A stretch of 64,000 nucleotides of DNA from Camelus dromedarius (taxonomy: Eukaryota): positions 19,036,001 to 19,100,000 of the forward strand of contig NC_087437.1 in NCBI RefSeq assembly GCF_036321535.1, written 5' to 3'. Shown piece after piece: positions 24,200 through 36,319 of this stretch; position 1 is the first letter of the stretch, and each line of letters starts with the position of its first letter. The notes under the pieces are model-generated. The model made no database searches. It saw only the letters and a program-made list of their open reading frames with translations, and was not told where the DNA came from. The translations under genes and the position numbers were made by a program.

Positions 24200-24603
24200 T
24201 TTGAACTTATCTTTGCAGTTGAATTGGTATATCCTCTTTGTTCCTTTCTTCTTCCTTTTGTGGTTTGGTAATTTTCCTTTGTATTATCATGGATTTTATT
24301 TAATTTTTGTGACTCCTTTGTAAATTTTTGGCTTGTGGTTACCCTTTTTTGTAAATCTATCAACCCATTACTATAACTGTTTTTATTAAACTGATAGTAA
24401 CATGATCTCAAACCCATCCTACTGTTAAAAAAATTTAAAAAAGAAAGAAAAAAATATTCTATATTTCCCTGCCTCCCTCTCCCACTCTCAGTGATTTGTA
24501 TGTCTTCTTTTATAATTTCATGTTTACTTTATTTGTAATTCATGAGTTATCACCTTTCCAGTTGTGCGTTTCTCATTTCTGTAACATCCTGCTGCTTTTC
24601 TAT

Positions 24604-25507
24604 TTAGAATAGCCCTTTCAATATTTCTTTTAGCATGGGTTTAGTGTTGCTAAACTCCTGCAGCTTTTTTTTTGTCTGTGAAACTCTTTATTTCTCCTTC
24701 TATCCTCAAGGATAGCCTTACTGGATAAAGGATCCTAGGCTGCATCTTTTTTTCATTCAGGGCTTTGAATATATCTTGCCACTCCCTTCTGGCCTGTAGT
24801 GTTTGTGTAGAGAAATCAGCTGAGAGCCTTATGGGGGTTCCCTTGTAACTTACTCTTTGCTTTTCTCTTGCTGCCTTTAGAATCACTTCTTTATCCTTGA
24901 CTCTGGCCATCTTGATTATGATATGTCTTGGTGTGGGTCTATTTGGGTTCTTCCTGTTTGGGACCCTCTGAGCTTCCTGTACTTGGATATCTGATTCCTT
25001 CTTTAAGTTTGGGAAGTTTTCAGTCATGATTTCTTCAAAAACCTTTTCAATCCCCTTTGATCTTTCTTCTCCTTCTGGGACCCCTATTATGTGAAGATTG
25101 GGACGCTTTATATTATCCCATAGGTCCCTTATGCTATTTTCATTATTTTTTATTTGCTTATCTTGTAGTTCTTCTGAATGGGTGCTTTCTATTGCCCTGT
25201 CTTCTAGATCACTAATTCGTTCCTCTGCATTATCTAGTCGGCTTTGCACAGCTATTAGATCATTCCTCATCTCTGTCAATGAGTTTATCCATTCTACTTG
25301 GCTCTTCTTTATAGCTTCAATTTCATTTTTGACATATTTTATATCTCTAAACACTATCTCTTTTAATTACTTCAGCAATTCGATCACTCCTTTTTTGAAA
25401 TCTTGATCTAGTAGGCTATCAATGTCTATTTCGTTGATCTTTCTTTCAGGGGATTTCTCTTGTTCTTTTAATTGGGAAAGGTTTTTCTGCTTCTTCATCT
25501 TGCTCAT
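24604..25507 (-). pseudogene. L1 ORF1 (~300 aa reconstructed) with a premature TAA at 25367-25369 and an extra A in the A9 run at 24665-24673
   Basis: In-frame ATG at 25507 (MSKMKKQKNLSQ), coiled coil, RRM/CTD motifs (NLHIIGVPE, TPRHIIIK, ARREW, ILYP). The corrected end reads KLQEFSNTKPMLKEILKGLF-stop. Confidence 0.95.
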
Positions 25508-26009
25508 ACCTCTTTGGCACTGTGGTTTATGGAGTATCAGTTGTTTATTTTGGTCCTTAAGGATTTTATCTATCTGATGCCTATTTAGGAATAGAACTTA
25601 GGAAAAAAAGAAAAAAAAAATAAGAGAGAGAGAGAAAGAATTTTAGAAGAAGGGAGAAAGAGGGTTTGAAAACAGTGTATAATGAATAATAGAAGAGTGA
25701 GTTGAAGCAGAGTATTAATCGGGTTGAGACGTCCTTCTGAAACCTTTACAAAAAAAGGGGGGGGGGTAGATGAATAGATGTATTTGAAACCTGTGTCTAA
25801 TCAATAGCAGGACATCAAAACCCAAGAGAAATAGAAATGAATTAAGAAGTAAAGATTAAGAGAGTAATAGAAAATAGAACAGGTAAAAACAGATTTAAAA
25901 AAAAAGGGGGGGGGGATTTGTCGGTGTTCTCCTGGAGTCTGTGTGCTTTTAATGTGAAGTCTTTCTGTCTTCGTCCTGTTTTGGAAGCTCAGCTTGCTGT
26001 TTTCAGAGG

Positions 26010-27197
26010 CCCTCCGTTGGCGCCTTCTTCTGTGCTGTTCCCAGCACCTGTCGGCAAGCAGATCACGCCTCCTCCTAACACTGGGTCAGGTGCAGCTCTC
26101 TGCTGTGGGCGGGCGGGTCGCTGCCCCTCCTGATGCCGCAGTCAGATGTTGCAGACTGGCCGAGTAGGAGGGCGGGTCGTGCCCCCTCCCAGCACCTCGG
26201 TCAGGCGCTGTGTTCCTGCCCGAAAGGCGGGGGGGCCGCTCTCGCTCTACCTGCGCCGCCGCCGGTAGCTCCGCTGCTCTGTGCGGCTGCGCGCTCCGCC
26301 CTGGTCGGGGCTCCGCGCGGGTGGGCTCGGGGAAGACCGAAGGACAGCCCTGTCCCTGCTCCGAGCCAAAACCCAGCTCCTTGTTTGTCTTTGTGGAGCA
26401 AGTTCTCTGAGGGACCAGGATGGAAGGATCCTATCTGCCCCGGGCTGCAGGCCAGTCTCAGTCTGGCCTTTGAGGCTGCTAAGCCCTTCGGTGCGGATGC
26501 AGGTTTCGCCCCCGCCCCCGCCTCCGCCTGAGTGCTAAGAGCGGAGGATATGGCGGCTGTGCCTGAGCCCCGCCTCTCTTCCCCCGAAAACTTTCCGCGG
26601 GTTTTCAGAGATGGGGGTGTGCACCCTTCCCCCGAGAGCACATCAACCTTGCTGTTTTATGGAGGGCCCAGGTTGTTCTGCCCTGTGCACCCACAGCCAT
26701 GGCGCGCAGCCCCTTGCGTTCCCCCGGGACTGCCTCCGTGCAGCCACTTCCGTCCTCCGCCCGGCTTGTGCAGCCTGGCCCTGCCCGCGGCTGCCGCCCC
26801 GCGTCTCAGGCTGGGTGTCGGGGGGACGCTCTGTGCCCGTTTAACTTAGTTCTGTTAGTCAAGGGCTGCTCTGTACAGATCCGAGCCTCGGAGGCTCCCC
26901 CTCCGTCCCGCTGGCCTCTTAGTTGGAGAGGGGAGACCCAGCGAGCGAGCGCCAGTCCTCCTTTGCCGCTCCCTCCCCGCGGGACCCGTCCCGCGCTGCT
27001 TTGACTTTTGTTCTTTATTTTTTCCTTTTCTCCTACCAGATTTTTGGCGTCTTTATCTTTTGAAGAGGGCGATGTTCTGTCAGAGTTCCGCAGGTGCTCT
27101 GGTTGGCTGAGTGGGTCTGTAGATGTGGGTCTTGGTGTATTTGTGGGAGAGGGTGACCTGTGAGCATCCTTCTACTCCGCCATCTTCTCCGTCCTCT
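26010..27197 (-). promoter_or_regulatory. L1 5'UTR internal promoter: CpG island with a terminal YY1 motif
   Basis: Dense, undecayed CpGs and GC boxes across 26010-27000. The YY1 motif aagatggcgg (ccgccatctt on +) lies at ~27177-27186, as at mammalian L1 5' ends. Confidence 0.85.
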
Positions 27198-27215
27198 CTG
27201 TCACCCTTGATGGGC

Positions 27216-27650
27216 TGTATTAGTCAGGGTTCTCCAGAGAAACCAACAGGGGGTGGATATGTGTGTGTAACATATTTGTATATGAATACATACACACATG
27301 TATATTTTTTAAAGAATCAGCTCATGAAACTGGGGAGGCTGGCAAGTCCAAAGTTTGCAGGATAGGCTGGCAGACTAGAAACCCAGGGAAAAGATGATGT
27401 TTCAGTTTTCATCTGAAAGCAGCCCGCTCACAGACTTTCCTTTTCCTCGGGGAGATCAGTCTTTTTCTTAAGGTCTTCAGCTTATTGGATGAGGCCCACC
27501 CACATTATGGTAATTTGCTTTACTCAAAATCTACTGGTACAAATGTTAATGTTACTTATGAAATCTCTTCACAGCAGCATTCAGATATGTTTGACCAAAT
27601 AGCTGAGAATTGTAGCCCAGCCACGTTGACACAAAAAACTAACCATCACA
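27216..27650 (-). mobile_element. MLT2-type (ERVL) solo LTR
   Basis: Starts tgtattagtcagggttctccagagaaa and ends gttgacacaaaaaactaaccatcaca, with TG...CA termini. Confidence 0.9.
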
Positions 27651-30600
27651 GGAACCAATTGGCCTCTCTCCATCCTGGCCGTTGGAAGCTTTAGGAAGCC
27701 TCTTCTTTGTGAGGGGATTCTGCACAAACAAAAATCCAGCAGGTGAAACAATATGGCTGACTTCCCCCTGACCATGGAGGAACTGGGCTGTACCCAGGGG
27801 TTGGGAGGAGGAGCCTCTCCTAGAGGCCTGCAAGCTGTAGAGCCCCTGGGAGTGCGGGCTGCTTCCTTTGTGGTAGTTGGGTAGGGGGCTTGGTGGAACC
27901 GCCCCTCTGGATCAGCCAAGCAGCAGACGTGTTCCTAGAGAGCCCCGCTGTAGTAGTGGGAAGCTGAAGGAGACTTCTGGGTGTTGGCAACACCTGCAGT
28001 CCTTTCTTCTTCCTCAAAGGGTTAACAGCACATGGAGTTTCTAGCCCTGGAATGTCTTCTTTCCAGAATATTCTCTAGACTTTATTATCAGTGGCTGTGA
28101 GTCTGTGAGTTCCTTGTGGGTGCTAACCTGCAGGCTCTGGTATCTTTTGTGGGGACTGGCTGGCACCTCTACAGGAACCCGGTCAGAGCCCCTCTAAGTA
28201 GTGGGGAAAAGCGTTGGCTATGGTGCCTGGCTCCAGGGAATGAAGGGTCCCTACAACCTTGCCTGCACAGCTCAGCCCAATGTCTTTGGTTCTCTGAGCC
28301 CAGTGCAGGCAGGACTGGGCACACAGGTGCCACGCATTTGACGAAAGGCACAGCTGTGTCAATGGTGTCCTGATCTGGTGGAGACCAGCATAGCTCACTA
28401 GTCATCTGTTCCAGAGAGGGGTCTTCTCCTATAAGCTCAACTCTTAAGGGCAGGGTTTGGTGGCATGGGGGACCCTGAGAGCATAGAAGGGAGGTACTGG
28501 GTGCAACCTGGGGGTTCAGGAAAGGATATTTGAGAAGAAGACACAGAGACAGTCATAGCCAGGTGAAGTTGTGCACACCTGAGTGTCTGTACATCCTTTG
28601 CAAGGGCTCTGACATGGGATAGAGCATGGCCCAATCAAAGCCCTGCAAGTGGCTCAGAGGTGCACGCCTGGAATTGCGGAGGAGACAGGCAGAGGAGGCA
28701 GGACAGAGAGCAGGCTCTTAGACATGCAGGGTGCAAGCCAGTGTCTGGACCCCATCTGTGGGCAGCAGTACTGGCTGCTTTAAGTTTTTGAAAGATCATA
28801 GTGTGCAGTGGATGGGGTGGTGGTGGGGGCCAGCAGCCATGAGGCAGCTGTGGTGGCCATCAGGTGACTGAGAAGAGGACTGTGGCCACAGAGGTCTGGT
28901 TGAGGGGACAGAGCTGGACGCCATGGGTAGGATATACTGGTTGACTGAGCATGTGCAGCATGATGAGGACTCAAGGGTGATGGAGGCCTGGCTGCTAGCT
29001 GGGTAGCAGTAGGGGGATGGTGCTGTTTTCATGGGAGGGCCACCACCTTCTTCACCACCCATCCTGCTCCCATGAACCCCCTTACTTTAACAGCTCATTT
29101 CAGGAACCTGAGCTTGGCTGGGATTGCTGGATGCCATTGTCAGCAACTAGACACAGAGCCCCAAACTCTGTCTGGGCTTGGGGGCCTGACTCGGGGGTGA
29201 GTGGTTTGGAATTTGGCACTGACCAAGTTTAGTAGCAGCTCCACAGCTCTGCCAGGGCACTGGGGCCTGACACTGGCTGCCCTTCCGAGGTACTCAGTCT
29301 GGGGCCCCTTGGCTCTGGTGCCCCAAAAGCTGACACATCTCCCAGAAAGAAGCTGGAGTCCCACTGTCTAGGCTGTTCTCAGAGATTTTCTAAGTCATTA
29401 CCTGGTAGCTGGGGAGTCTTAGGGTTGGCATTCACATATCAGGAAAATTTACATGGAGCGCCTACTATGTGCCCGATTCTGTGCTGGGTTCTGAGGGGGA
29501 GGAAGAGCTGCAATGAGCTTCAAGTGAACAGGGAGACAGGCTCTCATGCAGGACATTAGAAGACCAACAGCTGACACTCAGTTATTAGAAATTGGTTTGG
29601 TTGGCAGCTTAGGGAAGGATCCGGACAATGTGGACTAGGGGGTTAAGGATGCCTCAGGTAAGAGGAACAGCTTGAGGTAAGTCTTGTCCAATGTGCATAT
29701 AAAGGAAAGTAAGGGGATATTGTCCACAATGGGAGGAGGACAAGAGCTGCGGGGTGAGCCGGGAGCGAGGGATGGGGAGAAACTGGCTTTTGGAGTAAGT
29801 GTGTATAAGTGCAGGTGTGTATGTTGCCCAGATCATATATTGATTTATATAGTCTTGTGAGTCTACAAGGTACAAATTATTTGGTTCTGGTTCTAAAGAG
29901 ATGGAGGGACAGTCGGGCACATTTTTTCTTTTGCATCACAAGTTCAGGCAGACAGCTTTGGTTCCATAGGGGTTTTGGTACAGCTGTTCTCATGGCGCCA
30001 CAAACTAGAGAGCAGGGGTGGAGGGTGTGAAGGACTCCTTGGCCCCCCTGACAGAGCCACCTCCACCGACTCCATCTCCCATCCCCATCCTCCATCCTGG
30101 CTCTGTAACCCGACACTCTCCCCAAGGCCTCTCAGCCCAGGCCAGCCTGCAGTACTCCCCTGTCACCATGACAACTGTCCAGGATCTGGGTATGGTTAGG
30201 GGCACCCATGGGGACCTGAGAGAGGGGCTGAAGTCATTAGATGGCCAGTCATGAAGATTGACACCAGGGAACTGGCTTCTAGCACCGAGTCCACAGGTGG
30301 GCAGCATACAGCCTGGATGGTGTGGATGGCAGTCCTGTCATCTGGCAGGAGCGGTGCTGACACCTGGTGAGAGGCTGGTGCCTCACTCAGCCCCTGGTAG
30401 TGGTAGGTGGGAGGAGGCAAGGAGGGTCCCAGGTTACTTCTGAGATGGGAGAAGCTTTGGTCTGGCTCCGACAGGGTGGATGGCCCAGCCAGCTGAGAGG
30501 CTGTGTTGGGTCAGATGCGGCCCACCCTGTGCTGTTTCCCGAGGCCTGTCTTCACCTCCCGCCCAGTGTGATGGCCTGCAGCCGGGGCCTGGGTAGCTGG

Positions 30601-31404
30601 GTCGGCCCAGGGCTGGGCTCACGGGGCCTTGCTGGGAACTCGCCTCAGGAAGGAGGCCAGGGGAAGGGCTGCGGCATATCCAGCTTGCCTCTTAGGTAAC
30701 TTGATTCCTGGACATGAGACTTTTTCCATTTGTCAAACTGGTTTTCCCCTCTAGTTCCAGAGTGAAGATAAGCCTGACCCAGCTGTCAGCAGGCCACTAG
30801 GCTGCCTTCCTCCCTTGAATGACTGCCTCCACTTTCTCCCCTGGTCACCAGGGTCCTGAGTCTCACCTGTGGGGTCCCTCTTCCTCTCTCTGGCTGGAGT
30901 CATCTTCCTAAACTAAACACACACCTGATGCGTTAGCTCCTTAATGCTGCTGCTGGAGACTTGGTCCTGCCCACAGCTCCTGTCTCATCACCTCTGAGTC
31001 TTTGCTCATCCCGTCTGCCCAGAAACTTCCCCTCACCCCTCTGTCTTCTCCTCCAGGAAGCTGTCCCTGGTCTCCCCTCTGTGCTCCCCAAAGCATCAGG
31101 ACACACATCTCTCATTGCCCTGATCAGGAGGGGCTGGGGTTACCTGTTTCTTGCCTCCCTTCAGAGCGAGCACCGTGAGAGCAGAAGCTTAGGGGTGGTT
31201 TTCTGCACCAAATGCATCATGAATGGGGCCAAGGAGGGGTGGAGGAAGCCCTCTGCAGTGGGTGATTGCTGAGTGGTCTGAGGAGATGAATGTTCTACAT
31301 CTCAGCCATCACCTCTCCCAGGACCCCTCGGCAAGTCAGCGGCCAGTAGACTCAAAACTCACACTCGAGTGGGAAGGCAGATGGTGATACCACTAGGCTT
31401 CCAC

Positions 31405-31610
31405 ACGGAGCACCTATTCTGTGCCAGCGCTGTTTTCCAGCATTTACACATCTTGTCTCTAACCCTCCCAGAGTCCTGTGAGGCAGTTAGTATAAATACA
31501 TCCCTCCGAAGAAGAAACTGATGTTCAGAGAAATTAAGCAACTTGCCAGAGTTCTGGTAACTGTTGCAGCAGGGATTAGAATCCATGTTGGTCTCATCTC
31601 AGAGTCCATT
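31405..31610 (-). mobile_element. MIR SINE
   Basis: gagcacctattctgtgccag...gaagaaactgatgttcagagaaattaagcaacttgcc...gggattagaatcca. Confidence 0.8.
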
Positions 31611-31781
31611 TCTTTCCATGGCTCCACCCTGGGCTTTGTACGCCTGACCTGTGGGAACAAGCCCACTCCAGAAAGATCCATTCCAGCCTGAAGAGCACGT
31701 TCTGTTTGTTTCTTTCCCAGCGTTGTGTCCGGGTCCCTGGCACGAGCATCTGACAAGTCATGTAAACTCTTACGGGTGTGA

Positions 31782-31797
31782 GCCCTGACGTCAGGGC
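31782..31797. promoter_or_regulatory. Full CRE (TGACGTCA) inside a perfect 16-bp palindrome
   Basis: gccctgacgtcagggc is self-complementary; function is not shown. Confidence 0.4.
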
Positions 31798-32327
31798 CAG
31801 CTCCTCCTCTGTTAGTGTTTCCTAATTGGTATTATCTTAGCAGTTGCTTTAGAAATTGACTTTGATGAAAAAAATTTAATTACATAATGAATTACTCTCA
31901 GGGGAGCAGGCTGTTGTGTCATGGCTCAGCCACGTGTGGGGCAGGGAGGAGGCTGAAGGGGAGTGTTTGGGATGAGTTGACACGCGTCCCCCCAACAGTG
32001 TGCCTCTGCATTTTTCAGTGGTGACTACAAGATGGATTTGGGGACTTGAATGGCCCGTGGGGATAACACACAAGTGTACGGGCCACAGGGAAACATCTGC
32101 ACCGTTTTGCTCCTAACGGGCCAGGGAAAGTTGAGTGCGTAAGAAGCCTTGTTTTGAAATGTGTTTTCAAAATAAAGGGTTTCATAACAACCATGATTGC
32201 AGAAACAACTGCTGATGGGAATAACTTCCTGGAAAGCAGAGGCCTCCATGAGAGTAGGAGATTTAAAAGTCCAGACCAAGTTACAAAACAGGTTTACCTA
32301 ATGGAAGCTTAGCATTGCTCTTTGTGT

Positions 32328-32368
<41 letters not shown>
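32328..32368. repeat. (CA)n microsatellite, about 20 units
   Basis: Direct reading. Confidence 0.97.
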
Positions 32369-32370
<2 letters not shown>

Positions 32371-34167
32371 ACGTGGGTGCCTCCCTTGGGCTGCAGACTT
32401 TGTTATTAGTCTCTGATGCTCTGCCCAAGACCACTAAATCTTGGTTTCAAGGTCTGGGGCAACATAGGGAGCTGCAGTGGACTCCCCATTCTCTTCCACC
32501 CCCGAGTCCCTATTTTAAACTGAGAGGCTAGAGGTAGCTCCTTCTGCATTGGTTGCCTAGAGGTGAACTCTGTGTCCCTGCTCCGTGGCCACACGATTGG
32601 ACCAGGGATTGAGGGTCAGCCAAAGGCAGCCTCTCATAGGCTAGCAAGAGGCCTGTGGGATGGTCTGCTGTAGGACACTGTCAAACAGAGACTCAGGATT
32701 TGGTACCGTGGCCAGTGGGCCCAATCAGAGTGGGTGCCAGAGAGGAGGGGTCGACGCCAGTGGATAGGCAGAGAAAAGGTGGAAGTCAAGAGATTCTTGG
32801 AAGCACTAGGACACCAGGATAGCAGGGACTATTGAGAGGGCAGTTGGTGGTAACAGGAGGGGACAGGAGATGACTGGGTCACGAGAATGCCACAACTCTG
32901 GAGCCACAGTGGCCTCCTGAAGGTAACTTCTGCTCCTCCTGGCTGAGCACCTGCATGTCTCCATGTAGCTTTACAACGAACACACATTCCAGGATGTTCT
33001 TTGAACTGGTTTAGCATCTTGCTCCCTAATGGAACCCGGCTGGCCAAGGGCCCACCCACGATCTGCTGGGCACTATAGACAAGCAGAAAGAAAAGATTCT
33101 GCCAAAGAGAACTGCTAGCCTTGGCATGGTCTCCATCCCACCCTTCACTCAGTTTTGGGCAGGGGAGGATGGCCACGGACCCTCTGTGGGGTGGGGGGTG
33201 CTGTGCTGAGGCTGGGGACTCTTGGCAGCCCCAAGGGACCTGGTTTCCAGACCAGAAGAGTTTCCCACAGAGGTAGAAGGACACGGTTCTGCTTTGGATT
33301 TGGAAAGGGTCTTGTCACATTTTTCCAATGTTGGTTCAAGGAAACTCAAAACCGTTTTTCCTAACGCTTTCCTCCCGTCGTTTTTAAGTCCCTCTGTATG
33401 CACAGAGAAAGGCAGTACATGTGCTTTCGATTCCTTTACCCTGAAATCATCACCCTGTCTCCCTTGAAAGATCCCGTGTCTCAGAAATGTTCAGAGACAT
33501 TTAAGCCCTTGCACCCCCTCTTAAAACCAGGACCCTGCATGTGCTAAAGCAAATGAATGGGGGGTTTCAAGCGAGTCAAAAGGCTTTGCTCCCTGCCTGG
33601 TCCCAGGGCGGTCAAGGCCAACCTCTGTAGCAGACACGTGCCCAGGAAGCAAGGCTTAGGAGAAATCAGTGCTTTGTGTGAAGACACCAAAGGCTGAACA
33701 GAAGAGCAGGGTCGGGGGGAGGATCAAGTTGTAAATGGTTGTCAAGGTTGAGTTGTGAATGGCGTCCTTTGCAACATGCTGTCTTCTTTCTCCCCAGCCC
33801 CAGGGACCGGAGGCTCACGCCCTGCACGCTGGCCCTGCATTCCGCCCTCAGCAGAGGCTCCAGGGGAATCTCAGGCCCACCCTTCCTGTCTGTGTCTCAG
33901 AACAGCAGCTCCTCTTAGGTAACCTGGTGGCAATGATGCTTTAAAATACTGTAGACATTGGGAAGTGGATTGGGATCCAGGTGAATGTGGACTAGCCATG
34001 AGCTCACCGTTGTGAAAACCAGGTGACGGGCACACATGGGTTTGTTATATTACTCTTTCTACTTTTGTTTTGAAATTTTTCATAATAAGAAGTGAGAAGA
34101 AATTTTATAATGAATAGTTATATGCACGTGTGGTGTGTCTATATGTGAGAGAAAACAATGTTTATAG

Positions 34168-34452
34168 CAGAGCTTCATTAGATCTGGTGTAGCGTATGCA
34201 GTGCACATGCTGATTTCAACTGAGATGCCAATGAACTTTCAAATTTTAATAATTTTCTATTCAAATTTTAGTTACCAATAGCAAGTGATAGGGGCGATGA
34301 TAGGACAAAGTGTTTCCTTTTAAAATAGAGTTAAGTAGAAAAATCGAGCTGATTCAGTGAAAGGAATTAAGAAGATAATGTGAGTGGAAGAGATGTGTGG
34401 ATCTGGCGAATGTGGTGGGGTGGAAGTTGAATTGCTGAAGTTTTGGAAATGT
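34168..34452. mobile_element. Probable old hAT-Charlie-type DNA transposon fragment
   Basis: Ends in a gaagttttggaaatgtca TIR-like motif with an AT-rich interior; family not resolved. Confidence 0.35.
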
Positions 34453-34589
34453 CATTAAAGTGCTGATGGGAAAGGGTTCATGTTCATTGCTCTCAGGACA
34501 TGCTGTGTCAGCTTGATGGGGCCATTTATCTAGAAAGTTCAGCATGAGGTTCGCGACAGCAAGAGGCAGGAGGGCTTCCGAGATGCACA

Positions 34590-34775
34590 GACCATGTTTC
34601 AGTTCCTGACCCTGCCACCTAATGGCTGTGTGGCATCCGGCAAATGACGTCACCTGTGCTGGGCCTTGCTTCCTCATCTGCCAGACTGGGATGTTATTGT
34701 ACCTCTTAGAGTATCCTTGTGAGAATTAAATACCCTTGGTGTACCTGGCAGAGTGTGCAGGTGTTTGATAAATAA
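34590..34775 (+). mobile_element. MIR SINE
   Basis: ttcctgaccctgccacctaatggctgtgtgg...cttcctcatctg...gtgagaattaaat. Confidence 0.75.
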
Positions 34776-35164
34776 ACAGTAGTGCACTCAAGACAAAAGC
34801 AGGAAAGGTAGGTCGAGCTCAGAGTCCACGCCCGAGGTCTGGGCACCATCCTCACAGTTTTAGACCTTCATTCAGAACAATTTTACTCCTCCTTTAGACA
34901 CAGTTCTATGAGCGTGTCTCTTGTTCGTTTTGCTGTTTTCCTCATCTGTGGCTCCTGAGAAAGGGACAGGAGACAGGTGGGAACACATGGAACAGACAGA
35001 AAGGGGAACCTGTCCATTGACACAGTCCACATGTCATTAGCCACAGGCTGTACGTGTGGCTCCTTGGCTTGTTCTGATAACACTGTGGGCAGCTTAGCAA
35101 CTTTGTTGCTTGAAACAGCTCTCCTCAGTCAAGCCAAAATGTACTGTCTCTAATTCACTGACAA

Positions 35165-35395
35165 CCGTTTTTATCGAGTGTTTATTGCGTGCCAGGGACG
35201 GTGCTTAGCACTCCACATCCATTGTCTGACTTAGCTGCCCTGATCACCATCCAAGGGAGATGTTGCTGTTCCCCCGTCACAGATGAGGAAGCTGAGACTG
35301 AAGGGATGTTGGTGACTTCCCGAGGGCACCATGGCAACTGAGTGGCTGGGCTGGGACAGAACCAGGTGTGATTCCAAAGCCGGTGTGCTTGGTTG
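35165..35395 (-). mobile_element. MIR SINE
   Basis: ttatcgagtgtttattgcgtgccaggg...acagatgaggaagctgagactgaagg. Confidence 0.8.
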
Positions 35396-36319
35396 CAGGA
35401 CTCCATCAGCTTTCTCTCTGAGGGGTCCTGTGTACTTCTAAAGAGTCCCTTGGCTCCTCAGGATCTGCACATCCCCCGTCCCAGTGTATGGACCTGGTCC
35501 TGATGTGGGGGCACATCAGGTCAGCTTGTGGGGACAGCTGCCTGGTAGTGAGGGTGCCAGCCTGAGTGTGTCTGCAGCCTGGCAGAGATATGGTTCTCCC
35601 CAATCTGGAGACCCGTTAGACATTTGCACTTAAAAGTACACATCTTCAGAGGAGAATTAATGACAAGCAGGCTTTGAACATTTGCAAACTATATTTTTAT
35701 GTCTTTCATCCTCCATTTTGTGTGATTGGAGTAGGGATGGAAAACATATGCCTTGGTTTCTGCCACTTGTGCCACTTGTGCCCAGAATCCCAAAGATAAT
35801 GGTTGTTTGAGCTTCACGGTAGTCTTAACAGATTTTCAAACAATTTTCCATGAATTCAATAGTTCTCTGGAGATACTCATAGGCATCTAGCATTTCCAAA
35901 GAGAAAAACGGTCGCCCATGGTTTAGAAATGGTAATGTCCATTAATTTGCATAACTTCTAAGTGAGACCATCTCCTGGACAGAAAAAGATATTGTCATTA
36001 CCAGCAGTCACACTAGGAGACACTCAGCAAATATGAGGTATGATCACAGGTAAAGGAATAAATAGGCCAGTATTTACATATCTAAAGGCATGTTGCCTTT
36101 TAAAAAACAGTTCCCCAGAGGGCTCTTCACTTATTCCAAAGATGCTACCATTGCTCCATGCTTTTGGATGGTTTCTCCTAAGTGACTGCCTTCAGAACCG
36201 ATTATGTGTTCATTCCGTGTCTCTAAGGCATTTCTTTGTTCTCAGGGACAGATTTGGCCTTTAGAAAATCCTAGCATCAATCCAAGCTCAGATCAATGAA
36301 TTGTGTGTGTGTGTAAATA

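Larger units (their letters stand above)
20068..27197 (-). mobile_element. Full-length young LINE-1 (~7.1 kb) with a perfect 11-bp TSD
   Basis: Poly-A tail at 20068-20082, then 3'UTR, ORF2, ~400-bp inter-ORF spacer, ORF1 and a ~1.7-kb 5'UTR starting agaggacggagaagatggcgg. TSD ctgtcaccctt lies at 20057-20067 and 27198-27208. Confidence 0.98.

Noticed and set aside
20903..24323. Hydrophobic plus-strand ORFs (186, 187, 118 aa and others)
   Set aside because: Antisense shadows of the A-rich L1 ORF2, not membrane proteins.
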